Below are positions 1 to 7,775 of a DNA stretch of 64,000 nucleotides, one piece after another. A program made the translations under genes and the position numbers. Origin of the DNA: Bryobacteraceae bacterium. Lineage in GTDB: Bacteria; Acidobacteriota; Terriglobia; Bryobacterales; Bryobacteraceae. Location: the NCBI GenBank assembly GCA_036489835.1, contig DASXEY010000110.1, positions 7,146 through 71,145 on the forward strand, given 5' to 3'. The number at the start of each line of letters is the position of its first letter. The stretch's first letter is position 1. The notes under the pieces are model-generated. The model did no database searches and was not told where the DNA came from. It worked only from the letters and a program-made list of their open reading frames with translations.

Positions 1-1100
1 ACCCGCACATCTCCAACATTCCCCAACCGTCGCAGTGGCTCAAGCCCCGCCCGCAAGGTCCATTCCAGAGCAGCCACTCGCGCAAGCGTCCCTTCTTCAC
101 GAAACAGATCCAGGCTCGCCAAAGCCACCGCACAAGCCAGCGGATTGGCCGTATAGGAATGCCCGTGAAAGAATGTCCTGCTCCGGTCCTCGCTCAAAAA
201 CGCTTCGTAGATCGCCTCGGTAACCGCAGTCACCGCCAGCGGAAGATAACCTCCAGTCAGCGCCTTAGACAGGCAAATCACATCCGGACTTACCAGAGCA
301 TTGTTATAGGACGCATGCTCGCAAGCAAACATCTTTCCCGTGCGGCCGAAGCCGGTCAGCACTTCATCGGCGATCATCAGCGTGCCGAACCGATCGCACA
401 ACCGCCGCACCCCAGCCAGGAATTCCCGAGGCCACACGATCATCCCTCCGGCAGCTTGCAGCATCGGCTCAACCAAAACGCCCGCCACCCTCCCGCCCAG
501 CTCCTGGAGCCGCCGTTCCAAACCCCCCAGGCAATCGACATCGCAAGTCGCCCGAGTCAAACCCAGCGGACAGCGATAACAATACGGCGAATGCGCCCGC
601 GCCACAGAAAACAGCAGCGGAGCGAAAGGACGCGTGAACGGAGAATCCTCACTGGCCGACATCGCGCCCACCGTGTCCCCGTGATACGCATGATGCAGCG
701 TGACGAAAACGTGCCGATCCTCGCCAAGATTGTGCCAGTATTGGCACGCCATCTTCAGCGCGGCTTCAACCGCCGTCGACCCGTTATCCGAATAGAACAC
801 CCGCGCCATCCCGCGGGGCAGCAACTCCAGCAGCCGCTCCGCCAGCTCCACACCCGGCCTGTGCGTGCATCCGGCGAACATCACATGCTCCAGCTCGCGA
901 GCCTGCGCCGCCAGAGCCTCATTCAGCTTCGGGTGCGAATGCCCATGAATATTCACCCACCACGACGAAATGCCGTCCAGGATCTTGCGCCCGTCCTCGG
1001 TGTACAAATACACACCCTTCGCCCGGGCAATCGGCAGCGGCGCCGGAGCCGTCAGCATTTGCGTGTACGGATGCCACACCACCGCGCGGTCGCGGTCCAC
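1..1100 (-). CDS. bioA: adenosylmethionine-8-amino-7-oxononanoate aminotransferase BioA (C-terminus cut by window edge)
   Basis: Reverse-strand translation from GTG at 1100 reads VDRDRAVVWHPYTQM ... GGMIVWPREFLAGVRRLCDRFGTLMIADEVLTGFGRTGKMFACEH, a class-III PLP aminotransferase pattern. It starts 5 nt after the bioD stop. It is absent from the ORF track because it runs off the window. Confidence 0.85.
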   Translation of the reverse strand, partial: MDRDRAVVWHPYTQMLTAPAPLPIARAKGVYLYTEDGRKILDGISSWWVNIHGHSHPKLNEALAAQARELEHVMFAGCTHRPGVELAERLLELLPRGMARVFYSDNGSTAVEAALKMACQYWHNLGEDRHVFVTLHHAYHGDTVGAMSASEDSPFTRPFAPLLFSVARAHSPYCYRCPLGLTRATCDVDCLGGLERRLQELGGRVAGVLVEPMLQAAGGMIVWPREFLAGVRRLCDRFGTLMIADEVLTGFGRTGKMFACEHASYNNALVSPDVICLSKALTGGYLPLAVTAVTEAIYEAFLSEDRSRTFFHGHSYTANPLACAVALASLDLFREEGTLARVAALEWTLRAGLEPLRRLGNVGDVR

Positions 1101-1105
1101 CAAAC

Positions 1106-1747
1106 TCACGCCAAAAACTCCGCCAGCCGACTGTCGATATCGAAATGCTCCGTCACCCAAGCCGCCAGCGCCTGCGAAGCCAGAGGAACAAAGCGCGGCA
1201 TCTCGCCGACAACGCTCACGTTCCCATACTGCTCGATCGCCGCGCGATTCTCCGCATCGCGATCGCCCACCATCACCACCCCCGCCACCGTCAGCCTCCG
1301 AGCCCGCAGAGCCTCAATCGTCAACAGTGTGTGATTGATCGTGCCCAGGGTAGTTCGCGCGGCGATCACCACCGGCAGCCCCAGCCGCTCCATCAAATCC
1401 ACCATAAGATCGGATTCATTCACCGGAACCAGCGCCCCGCCCGCGCCTTCCACAATCCATTTGCCTCCGGCTTCCTGCACCAACTGTGTCAGAAACGGCA
1501 GATCGATCCGAGTACCAGCCCGCTTAGCCGCCAAGTGCGGCGAAACTGGATCCGCCAGCCGCACTCCCCGAAGACAAGCGGCTTCTCGCGACGACGAAGA
1601 AAGACGCAGAATTTCTGAGGTGTCGTCCTCCGGTCCGGTTTGGATCGGCTTCCAGTACCGCGCCCCGCGATACCGCACCATCAGCGCCGCGCTCACCACC
1701 GTCTTCCCGACGCCCGTATCGGTTCCGGTTACAAAGACGCCGCGCAT
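1106..1747 (-). CDS. bioD: dethiobiotin synthetase
   Basis: 213-aa ORF. N-terminal P-loop VFVTGTDTGVGKT is typical of BioD. It overlaps the bioF stop by 19 nt. Confidence 0.9.
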   Translation of the reverse strand: MRGVFVTGTDTGVGKTVVSAALMVRYRGARYWKPIQTGPEDDTSEILRLSSSSREAACLRGVRLADPVSPHLAAKRAGTRIDLPFLTQLVQEAGGKWIVEGAGGALVPVNESDLMVDLMERLGLPVVIAARTTLGTINHTLLTIEALRARRLTVAGVVMVGDRDAENRAAIEQYGNVSVVGEMPRFVPLASQALAAWVTEHFDIDSRLAEFLA

Positions 1748-2835
1748 AATGCGTCCGCAAAGCGGTCCCCAAAACGATCCATGACCGATTCGGACAGATT
1801 CACGTTCACGGAGATCCGCAGCCGAGCCGTCCCCTCCGGCACCGTCGGCGGACGAATCGCCCGCACATCGAAGCCCTGGTGTTGAAGTTCTAGGGCAACG
1901 GCCATCGCGCGCTCATTCGATCCCAGCACCACAGGAATAATCTGCGAAGTCCCCGGAACGCCCAATCGCCGCCGCAAATAAGAAGCCAGCCCGATCAACC
2001 GTTCGCGCCTCTCTGGTTCGCCTTCAATCACATCCAGGCTGGCGTCGAGCGCAGCCGCTACCGCCGGCGGCGGAGCCGTCGAGAAAATGAACGGCCGCGC
2101 CCGCTGCGCCAGGAATTCAATGGCCCATTCCGGCCCCGTAACGAAAGCTCCAGCGACGCCCAAAGCCTTCCCGGCCGTATTCACGGAGACGAAGACATCG
2201 TCGCCCAAGCCCTGCCCACGCTCGCCGTAAATCCCCACCGCATGGGCCTCATCGGCAATCAGCGCCGCCCCAGTTTCACAGCAAAGCTCACCATATTCCC
2301 GCAAAGGCGCAAAATCCCCGTCCACGCTAAAAACCGATTCCGCCACAACGAACTTCTGCCCCGATCCCGTCTCGTTGCCCATCAACCGCCGCAGCGCCGC
2401 CACGTCGTTATGCGGAAAAATCACCCTTCGCGCCCGCGATAGCCGAGCCCCATCGATCAAGCTGGCATGATTGCGCTCATCCGAAAAAATGACATCGCCC
2501 GCTTCCGGAAACGTCGTCAGTACCGCCAGATTCGCCAGATATCCGCTCGAGAAATAAAGCGCCCGCTCGGTCCCCTTGAACTCTGCGAACCGCTGCTCGA
2601 TCAGGGAGAAGCAGTCCCTCTCCCCGCGCAGCAGCCTCGATCCCGTGCTGCCGCAGCCATGCTCGCAAACCGCCGCCGCCATGCGCTGCTTCAGCAGTGG
2701 ATGCGTCGCCAGCCCAAGATAATCGTTCGAGGAAAAATCGATCCCCGAAGGCGCACGCAACGTACGCCGCAATCCAGCGCGGTCGAGTTCCTCAAACGCC
2801 GCCCGAACCCGCCGCTCCAAATCGTCACCCCGCAC
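1729..2835 (-). CDS. bioF: 8-amino-7-oxononanoate synthase
   Basis: ORF 1729-2949 contains FSSNDYLGL and the class-II aminotransferase/AONS layout. The first ~38 codons of the maximal ORF lie inside an intergenic hairpin repeat, so the in-frame GTG at 2835 (VRGDDLERRV...) is the preferred start. Confidence 0.85.
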   Translation of the reverse strand: MRGDDLERRVRAAFEELDRAGLRRTLRAPSGIDFSSNDYLGLATHPLLKQRMAAAVCEHGCGSTGSRLLRGERDCFSLIEQRFAEFKGTERALYFSSGYLANLAVLTTFPEAGDVIFSDERNHASLIDGARLSRARRVIFPHNDVAALRRLMGNETGSGQKFVVAESVFSVDGDFAPLREYGELCCETGAALIADEAHAVGIYGERGQGLGDDVFVSVNTAGKALGVAGAFVTGPEWAIEFLAQRARPFIFSTAPPPAVAAALDASLDVIEGEPERRERLIGLASYLRRRLGVPGTSQIIPVVLGSNERAMAVALELQHQGFDVRAIRPPTVPEGTARLRISVNVNLSESVMDRFGDRFADALCAASL

Positions 2836-2850
2836 TAGCCGGCCTCCCCG

Positions 2851-2905
2851 CTCTGCCTGGTAGGACAGGCGGTTTCGCCTGTCGTTCCAGATGCGCGGGA
2901 CTTCC
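2851..2905 (-). repeat. partial copy of modular GC-hairpin intergenic repeat (hairpin GACAGGCGGTTTCGCCTGTC at 2864-2883)
   Basis: Near-identical to 3030-3075 (171-nt offset). It is the reverse complement of the GGCAGGCGAAACCGCCTGCC module at 16638 and 16832. Confidence 0.8.
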
Positions 2906-2980
2906 GCCACACCACAACCGATGCCCGCGGCGAGTTCGATCTCGAACAAGCGTGCATGCGGAAGAAACCGGAAAAGTCCC

Positions 2981-3085
2981 GGCCGGCTAATGCCTGCCCC
3001 ATGGTGCTTGCAATCCGCCGATGCTGAGTGGTGGGACAGGCGGTTTCGCCTGTCGTTCCGGATGCGCCCGCGCGGCCGCTACCCT
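2981..3085 (-). repeat. full copy of modular GC-hairpin intergenic repeat
   Basis: The reverse complement reads GCGGCCGCG...CCGGAACGACAGGCGAAACCGCCTGTCCCACCAC...GGCAGGCATTAGCCGGCCGGGACTTTTCC. This is collinear with the copies at 16604-16760 and 16798-16925. Confidence 0.8.
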
Positions 3086-3088
3086 GCA

Positions 3089-4102
3089 TCAAGCACCCGT
3101 AAGCGCGCTCGCCGCGGGGCCCGCACTCGCTGGAACTTCCGCCGGACGCAGCCGCAGCCCCAGTTTCCCAAATAAGCGCCGGTCCGCATCGGCCTGAGGA
3201 TTCGGAGTCGTCAGCAGCCGGTCGCCCAGGAACACCGAATTCGCCCCCGCCAATAAACACAGCGCCTGCGCCTCATCCGACAATGCCAGCCGCCCCGCGC
3301 TCAGCCGCACCATCGACCTCGGCATAAGAATTCGCGCCGATGCAATCATCCTCGTCAGCTCAATCGGATCCTCCGCGGGCCTCTCACCCAGCGGAGTCCC
3401 TTCCACGCTCACCAGCAGGTTCACCGGAACGCTTTCCGGATGCGGGTTCAGCGTGGACAATTGCTGCAACAATCCGTACCGCGCCGCCCGATCCTCGCCC
3501 ATTCCAATAATCCCGCCGCAGCACACCGTCACGCCCGCACTCCGCACCCGAGCCAGCGTATCCAGCCGCTCCTGATACGTCCGCGTGGTGATGATCTGCC
3601 CGTAAAACTCTGGCGACGTGTCCAGATTGTGATTGTATGCGGTCAGCCCCGCGGCCGCGAGATCGCGCGCCTGCGCCTCGTTGAGCATTCCCAGCGTGCA
3701 GCAAGCCTCCATTCCCAACTCGCGAACGCCGCGCACCATTTCGAGAACCCTGGAAAACCGCGCGTCCTGAGGAACATCGCGCCACGCCGCCCCCATGCAG
3801 AATCTGGTCGCGCCCTGCTCCCGGGCGCTCCGCGCCGCCGCCAGCGTTTGCTCAACGGGCAGCAGATCTTGGCGCTCCAGCCCAGTGTCGTAGCGGGCCG
3901 ATTGCGGACAGTAAGCGCAATCCTCAGGACATCCGCCAGTCTTGATGCTCAACAGCATGCACCCCTGAACCTCATCCGCCCGATGATGCTCGCGATGCAC
4001 CGTCTGCGCGCGAAAAATCAGGTCCGGCAGCGGCGCGGTGTAAATGGATTCAATTTCGTGAATAGACCAGTCGTGGCGAAGAGGGCTCATACCGGAGGGC
4101 AA
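3089..4102 (-). CDS. bioB: biotin synthase (radical SAM)
   Basis: 337-aa ORF with the [11 protein letters not shown] radical-SAM cysteine motif and BioB-like length. It heads the bio gene string. Confidence 0.95.
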   Translation of the reverse strand: MPSGMSPLRHDWSIHEIESIYTAPLPDLIFRAQTVHREHHRADEVQGCMLLSIKTGGCPEDCAYCPQSARYDTGLERQDLLPVEQTLAAARSAREQGATRFCMGAAWRDVPQDARFSRVLEMVRGVRELGMEACCTLGMLNEAQARDLAAAGLTAYNHNLDTSPEFYGQIITTRTYQERLDTLARVRSAGVTVCCGGIIGMGEDRAARYGLLQQLSTLNPHPESVPVNLLVSVEGTPLGERPAEDPIELTRMIASARILMPRSMVRLSAGRLALSDEAQALCLLAGANSVFLGDRLLTTPNPQADADRRLFGKLGLRLRPAEVPASAGPAASALTGA

Positions 4103-4577
4103 GTTTTAGTGTACCTTTTACCGCTCTCTCCAGACGAGCACACCAGCGAATCGCAAACTAGATTTCCCGCCGATTCCTTAACTTGGCATTTTTTCTCGCC
4201 TCCAATCTCGCCGCCCGCCGGTTATTTTGTAGTCGTAAGAGATCGGATGTCTCATCGCATCCGGTTCACGCCAACGCGGAGGAGTTCTCGAGAGCAACCC
4301 GCGCCATCCCTTACCGGTGGAGGCGTCAAACGATGGGCTGTGCCGTTAAAGCCGCGCAGGGCGAAAGCCCGCGTGCGGTCCCAGTAATGGAGTTAACGGC
4401 GCTTCCCGGCTGAGCGATATCACCGGGCAAGGGGCGCCTCTTCGAATTTTCGTCTCGATCCTCCCTGGGTCGTTCTTAAGCTGGCTCGTTCTTAAAACTG
4501 TCTGGCCGCAAGAACCACTCGCAAACCCTCATTTCGCGTGGAAAACCGTGGCCATCAAACTGCTTGATTGTTGACTT

Positions 4578-5075
4578 ATGCTGCACGGAACCGTCGTCTT
4601 CCTCGGGGGCCCTCAGGTCGAAACAGCCGCACTCGTGGACTTGCTTCCTGAGTTCGGCTGGTCGCTCGAGCTTGCGGCCAACCTGGACGGCCTTCGCAAG
4701 TTAAGCGCGGCCAGCAGCTTAGTCGCGGTCCTCTTCGAAGCCGAGCGCTTGGGCCTTCCTTGGCAGAACGCATTAAAGCTGGTGCAGCAAGCCGCGTCCA
4801 CTGCGCTCCTGGTCCCGTGTCATCGGCTCTCCGACCGCGTGAATTGGCCCGATCTTGCAGATTCTGGGGCATTTCACGCACTGGCCCTGCCGTTAGACCG
4901 CAACGAAGTGCGTCAGAGCCTCGGCTTCATATCTTTCGCCAGAAGCCGCCGGTCCGCCAACGTCTTCTCTATCTCCCCTCTAGAACGCCTCGGCGCGGCA
5001 GTCGAGTGTCGATGTGGCGTCACCCCGTGCCGATGTCCCAGCACTCCCCAGCGAGTGTCGGAATCCGTCGCGTAG
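4578..5075 (+). CDS. CheY-like receiver-fold protein with degenerate acidic pocket (pseudo-receiver), hypothetical
   Basis: 165-aa ORF with a beta-alpha pattern: VVFLGG..LVAVLFEAE..LLVPCH..GAFHALALPLDRNEV resembles a receiver domain (GA.dyl.KP...eL). The DD and phospho-acceptor Asp positions are substituted. Confidence 0.45.
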   Translation: MLHGTVVFLGGPQVETAALVDLLPEFGWSLELAANLDGLRKLSAASSLVAVLFEAERLGLPWQNALKLVQQAASTALLVPCHRLSDRVNWPDLADSGAFHALALPLDRNEVRQSLGFISFARSRRSANVFSISPLERLGAAVECRCGVTPCRCPSTPQRVSESVA

Positions 5076-5078
5076 CGG

Positions 5079-5101
5079 CTAGGCCGTTTCGCCTGTCGTT
5101 C
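5079..5101 (-). repeat. degenerate fragment of the GC-hairpin repeat
   Basis: CTAGGCCGTTTCGCCTGTCGTTC matches the GGCGGTTTCGCCTGTCGTTCC core. It sits between convergent gene ends. Confidence 0.5.
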
Positions 5102-5417
5102 AAGGTGTATCGATCCAAGCCCCGAACGGTCCCGAATCCAGATTCACCTGAATCACCGGATGCTTCTTCCTGTACCAGCACGGAGTATCGCCATAATGCG
5201 GCAGCAGTGAGTTCACACACTCCATGGGCTGCGGCTGGTCATACGTGTACTCGGTCTTCCTGTTCTTCAATTTAACGGCGTAGAAGTGCCGGACATCCAC
5301 ATAGTCGAATTGGTCGCGTTTGGGGATTGCCAGACGAACGGAAAGATAATCGCCCGCGAAGACCAGGGCGCAGACGCCCGCCATCGTCAGCGCCACGATC
5401 CCCAAAACCTTCTTCAT
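5100..5417 (-). CDS. small membrane-anchored/secreted hypothetical protein
   Basis: Internal ATG at 5417 gives MKKVLGIVALTMAGVCALVFA (signal/anchor) and a 105-aa protein. ATGA overlap with the upstream DinB-family gene. The longer 182-aa ORF would overlap that gene. Confidence 0.55.
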   Translation of the reverse strand: MKKVLGIVALTMAGVCALVFAGDYLSVRLAIPKRDQFDYVDVRHFYAVKLKNRKTEYTYDQPQPMECVNSLLPHYGDTPCWYRKKHPVIQVNLDSGPFGAWIDTP

Positions 5418-5947
5418 TTTGCGGACCTGACCAGTTCGACGTGCCCGATATGATGCCTGCCGTGCCAGGCGTAAAGCGCCAGATACTGGTCCAGCCTGAC
5501 CGCGCCCAGTTCCGGATGCCGGAACGTTCGCGCGAACGCCGCCTCGTCCAGCGTCCTCAGCAGCCGCGTCCAGCGATCGTGAAGCGACTCCAGCAGCACC
5601 AGGGAAGTCTCCACAGGAGTCGATGGAATGTCGCCGAGCTTCGCCCATGCCGCCTCGTCATATGGCTTGACCGTCGGTTCGTCTTCCGTCAGCGCCAGTT
5701 TGAAACGGATATAGGCGTTCATGTGGCTTTCCGGCACATGATGGATCACCTGCCGAACTGTCCAACCTCCGTCGCGATAAGGCGTGTCGAGCTGAGCCGA
5801 AGTCAGCCCATCGACAGCTGCCCGCAGCTTCGCCGGCGCTTCGGCGATTTCATCCATCCACAAATCCCGTTGCGCGGCGGTGCTCGACTCGGGGAACGAA
5901 AACCTCCCCACCGGATACCTCGGATCGGGTTTCGAATCTGGCATCAC
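5414..5947 (-). CDS. DinB/YfiT-family metal-dependent hydrolase (DinB_2)
   Basis: 177-aa ORF. PVGRF...WTVRQVIHHVPESH...YAWHGRHHIGH is the YfiT/DinB_2 His-triad pattern. Confidence 0.8.
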   Translation of the reverse strand: MMPDSKPDPRYPVGRFSFPESSTAAQRDLWMDEIAEAPAKLRAAVDGLTSAQLDTPYRDGGWTVRQVIHHVPESHMNAYIRFKLALTEDEPTVKPYDEAAWAKLGDIPSTPVETSLVLLESLHDRWTRLLRTLDEAAFARTFRHPELGAVRLDQYLALYAWHGRHHIGHVELVRSAK

Positions 5948-5965
5948 ATGGACGTCCTATGGAAT

Positions 5966-6042
<77 letters not shown>

Positions 6043-6144
6043 GTAATTTCGATGGTAGCATCGAAGAATAACGCTACAACATACCGCGAGTCCGGCTGTA
6101 CAAGTCCAGAACATAATGGTACTGTTATGTTTCAGGGAGGTGCG

Positions 6145-6738
6145 ATGAAGCCAACCGCGCGAAACTGCGCCTCGGCCGTGTGTCTTCTTCTGGTGAACCT
6201 GTTCCCCGCGTCGACTTGGGCACAGGAACCCCCGCCCAAACTGGGGATCGTGATTGTGGAAGGCGAAGGCGCCGTCAACAATCTCAAGGATCAGACCACC
6301 CACGAGACTGTCATTCAAGTAGTGGACGATACTCAAAAGCCGGTCGCCGGAGCCGCGGTCGTTTTCTTTCTGCCCAACGACGGCCCCGGAGGCACCTTCT
6401 TCGACGGCACCAAGTCGCTGACGGTGACCACCGACGCGCAGGGCCGCGCCACCATCCGGGGCATCCGCTTCAACCGCCTTTCCGGCCAGATGAAGATTCG
6501 TGTTACCGCATCTTCCGCGGGCCAGACCGCGACCGCCACCATCACCCAGACCAATGTGGGCGGACCCGGAGGCTCGCCGGGCATGAGCACCACAGTTAAG
6601 GTATTGCTGATCGCCGCGCTTGCCGCGGGCGCGGCCACCGGAGCAATTCTCGCCACGCGCGGCGGGTCCAGTTCCAGCAGCACCGCCGCTCCGCCCATTA
6701 CGATCACCGCCGGAACGCCGACAGTGGGGGCTCCATGA
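6145..6738 (+). CDS. secreted Ig-like (Big-type) domain protein with C-terminal TM segment
   Basis: ATG at 6145 is preceded by GGGAGG and gives the signal peptide MKPTARNCASAVCLLLVNLFPASTWAQ. A beta-rich domain is followed by the hydrophobic stretch VKVLLIAALAAGAATGAILA. Confidence 0.65.
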   Translation: MKPTARNCASAVCLLLVNLFPASTWAQEPPPKLGIVIVEGEGAVNNLKDQTTHETVIQVVDDTQKPVAGAAVVFFLPNDGPGGTFFDGTKSLTVTTDAQGRATIRGIRFNRLSGQMKIRVTASSAGQTATATITQTNVGGPGGSPGMSTTVKVLLIAALAAGAATGAILATRGGSSSSSTAAPPITITAGTPTVGAP

Positions 6739-7775
6739 AGACGTCCTCGAGATTTCTTCAACTGGCCGCCGCGCTCGGACTTGCATCCAGCGCCGCGTGG
6801 GCGCAAGTAGGAGCGCCGGTGCTCGGGTTCCTCCCCGATCGCGGCCACATCCTTCCGGTCAACGGCATCCCCGCGTCCGCTTCCATCGCTCCCGCGTTGG
6901 CGTTCGACTCCGAATTTCTCCGCATCGCCATCGCGCCGCGCCAGAACTACGCGCTGGTTTCCACGATCGATACCGGCGCTGTGCTGCTCGCCTATCCCGA
7001 CGGGACCACAGCCCCCGTAGCCGGCGTTGCCGCTTATCCCGACCAAATCGTAATGAGCCCGTTGGGCTCCGCAGCGGTGCTCTGGTTTGCTTCCCCGCAC
7101 TTCCTCGAGATCGTATCCGGACTCCCCGGCTCCCCGGTTGTCCGCCAGATCAATGCGAGCTTCCTCAGCGGAAACACAAGTGATCTTCCGTCGTCACTCG
7201 CCGTCAGCGACGACGGCACCTGGGGAGCGGGAGCGTGGTCCTCCGGCGTGTGGGGCTTCGGCCCCAACGGCGAAGTCAGAAGCCTGCTGATGGGTGATCG
7301 GACCCTGGCGCTGGCCTTCTTCGCCGGCCGTCAGGATCTGGCCGCCGCCACGCGCACCGGGATTTTTTCGGTATCCGATGTCGGCGGCAGCGCCGCCGTT
7401 GCAACCTTATATGGAGCGCAATCCGGGCAAAGCCCGGCCGGACCGGCGCCTTCGCCCATTGGGCTTGGAATCTCCACCGACAATCGCCGCTTGGTCATGG
7501 CCGATACCTCCGGAGGAGTTCTCACCATCGACCTGACCTCCGGCTCCGCAGCTCAGCTGAATTGCGGCTGCTCGCCCGACGGCGTTCTCTCCATGGGCGG
7601 ATCGTTGTTCCGGATCACCGCGCTCACCGACGCCGTCTTCAGAATCTTCGATGCCTCGGCCGGGAGCGTGTTTCTGGTGCCGTTAGGGCCAGGCCTACTC
7701 TCCAATGTGGACCCGCCTGAAGCAAGTCCCAAGCCGGTCCGCGGCCCGGTTCCGTCGAAGGGTGTACTGCAATGA
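6735..7775 (+). CDS. secreted beta-propeller-like (YVTN-type) hypothetical protein
   Basis: 346-aa ORF with signal peptide MKTSSRFLQLAAALGLASSAAWAQ and ATGA overlap with the upstream gene. Repeated blade-like segments (e.g. ISTDNRRLVMADTSGGVLTIDL). Confidence 0.7.
   Translation: MKTSSRFLQLAAALGLASSAAWAQVGAPVLGFLPDRGHILPVNGIPASASIAPALAFDSEFLRIAIAPRQNYALVSTIDTGAVLLAYPDGTTAPVAGVAAYPDQIVMSPLGSAAVLWFASPHFLEIVSGLPGSPVVRQINASFLSGNTSDLPSSLAVSDDGTWGAGAWSSGVWGFGPNGEVRSLLMGDRTLALAFFAGRQDLAAATRTGIFSVSDVGGSAAVATLYGAQSGQSPAGPAPSPIGLGISTDNRRLVMADTSGGVLTIDLTSGSAAQLNCGCSPDGVLSMGGSLFRITALTDAVFRIFDASAGSVFLVPLGPGLLSNVDPPEASPKPVRGPVPSKGVLQ

Noticed and set aside
159-1334. 391-aa plus-strand ORF (and nested ORFs 340-579, 970-1338, 1145-1618, 1335-1784)
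   Set aside because: They are antisense to bioA/bioD, whose translations carry strong family motifs. The plus-strand products are Arg/Pro/His-rich nonsense.
2836-2949. N-terminal 38-codon extension of bioF (ATG at 2949)
   Set aside because: The extension is encoded by the hairpin repeat (MFEIELAAGIGCGVAEVPRIWNDRRNRLSYQ...). The GTG at 2835 gives a BioF N-terminus of normal length.
4341-4400. BirA operator or known riboswitch in the bioB upstream hairpin
   Set aside because: The inverted-repeat arms are ~38 nt apart, far from the ~15-nt spacing of BirA boxes. No riboswitch consensus core could be matched by eye. It is kept only as an unexplained structure.
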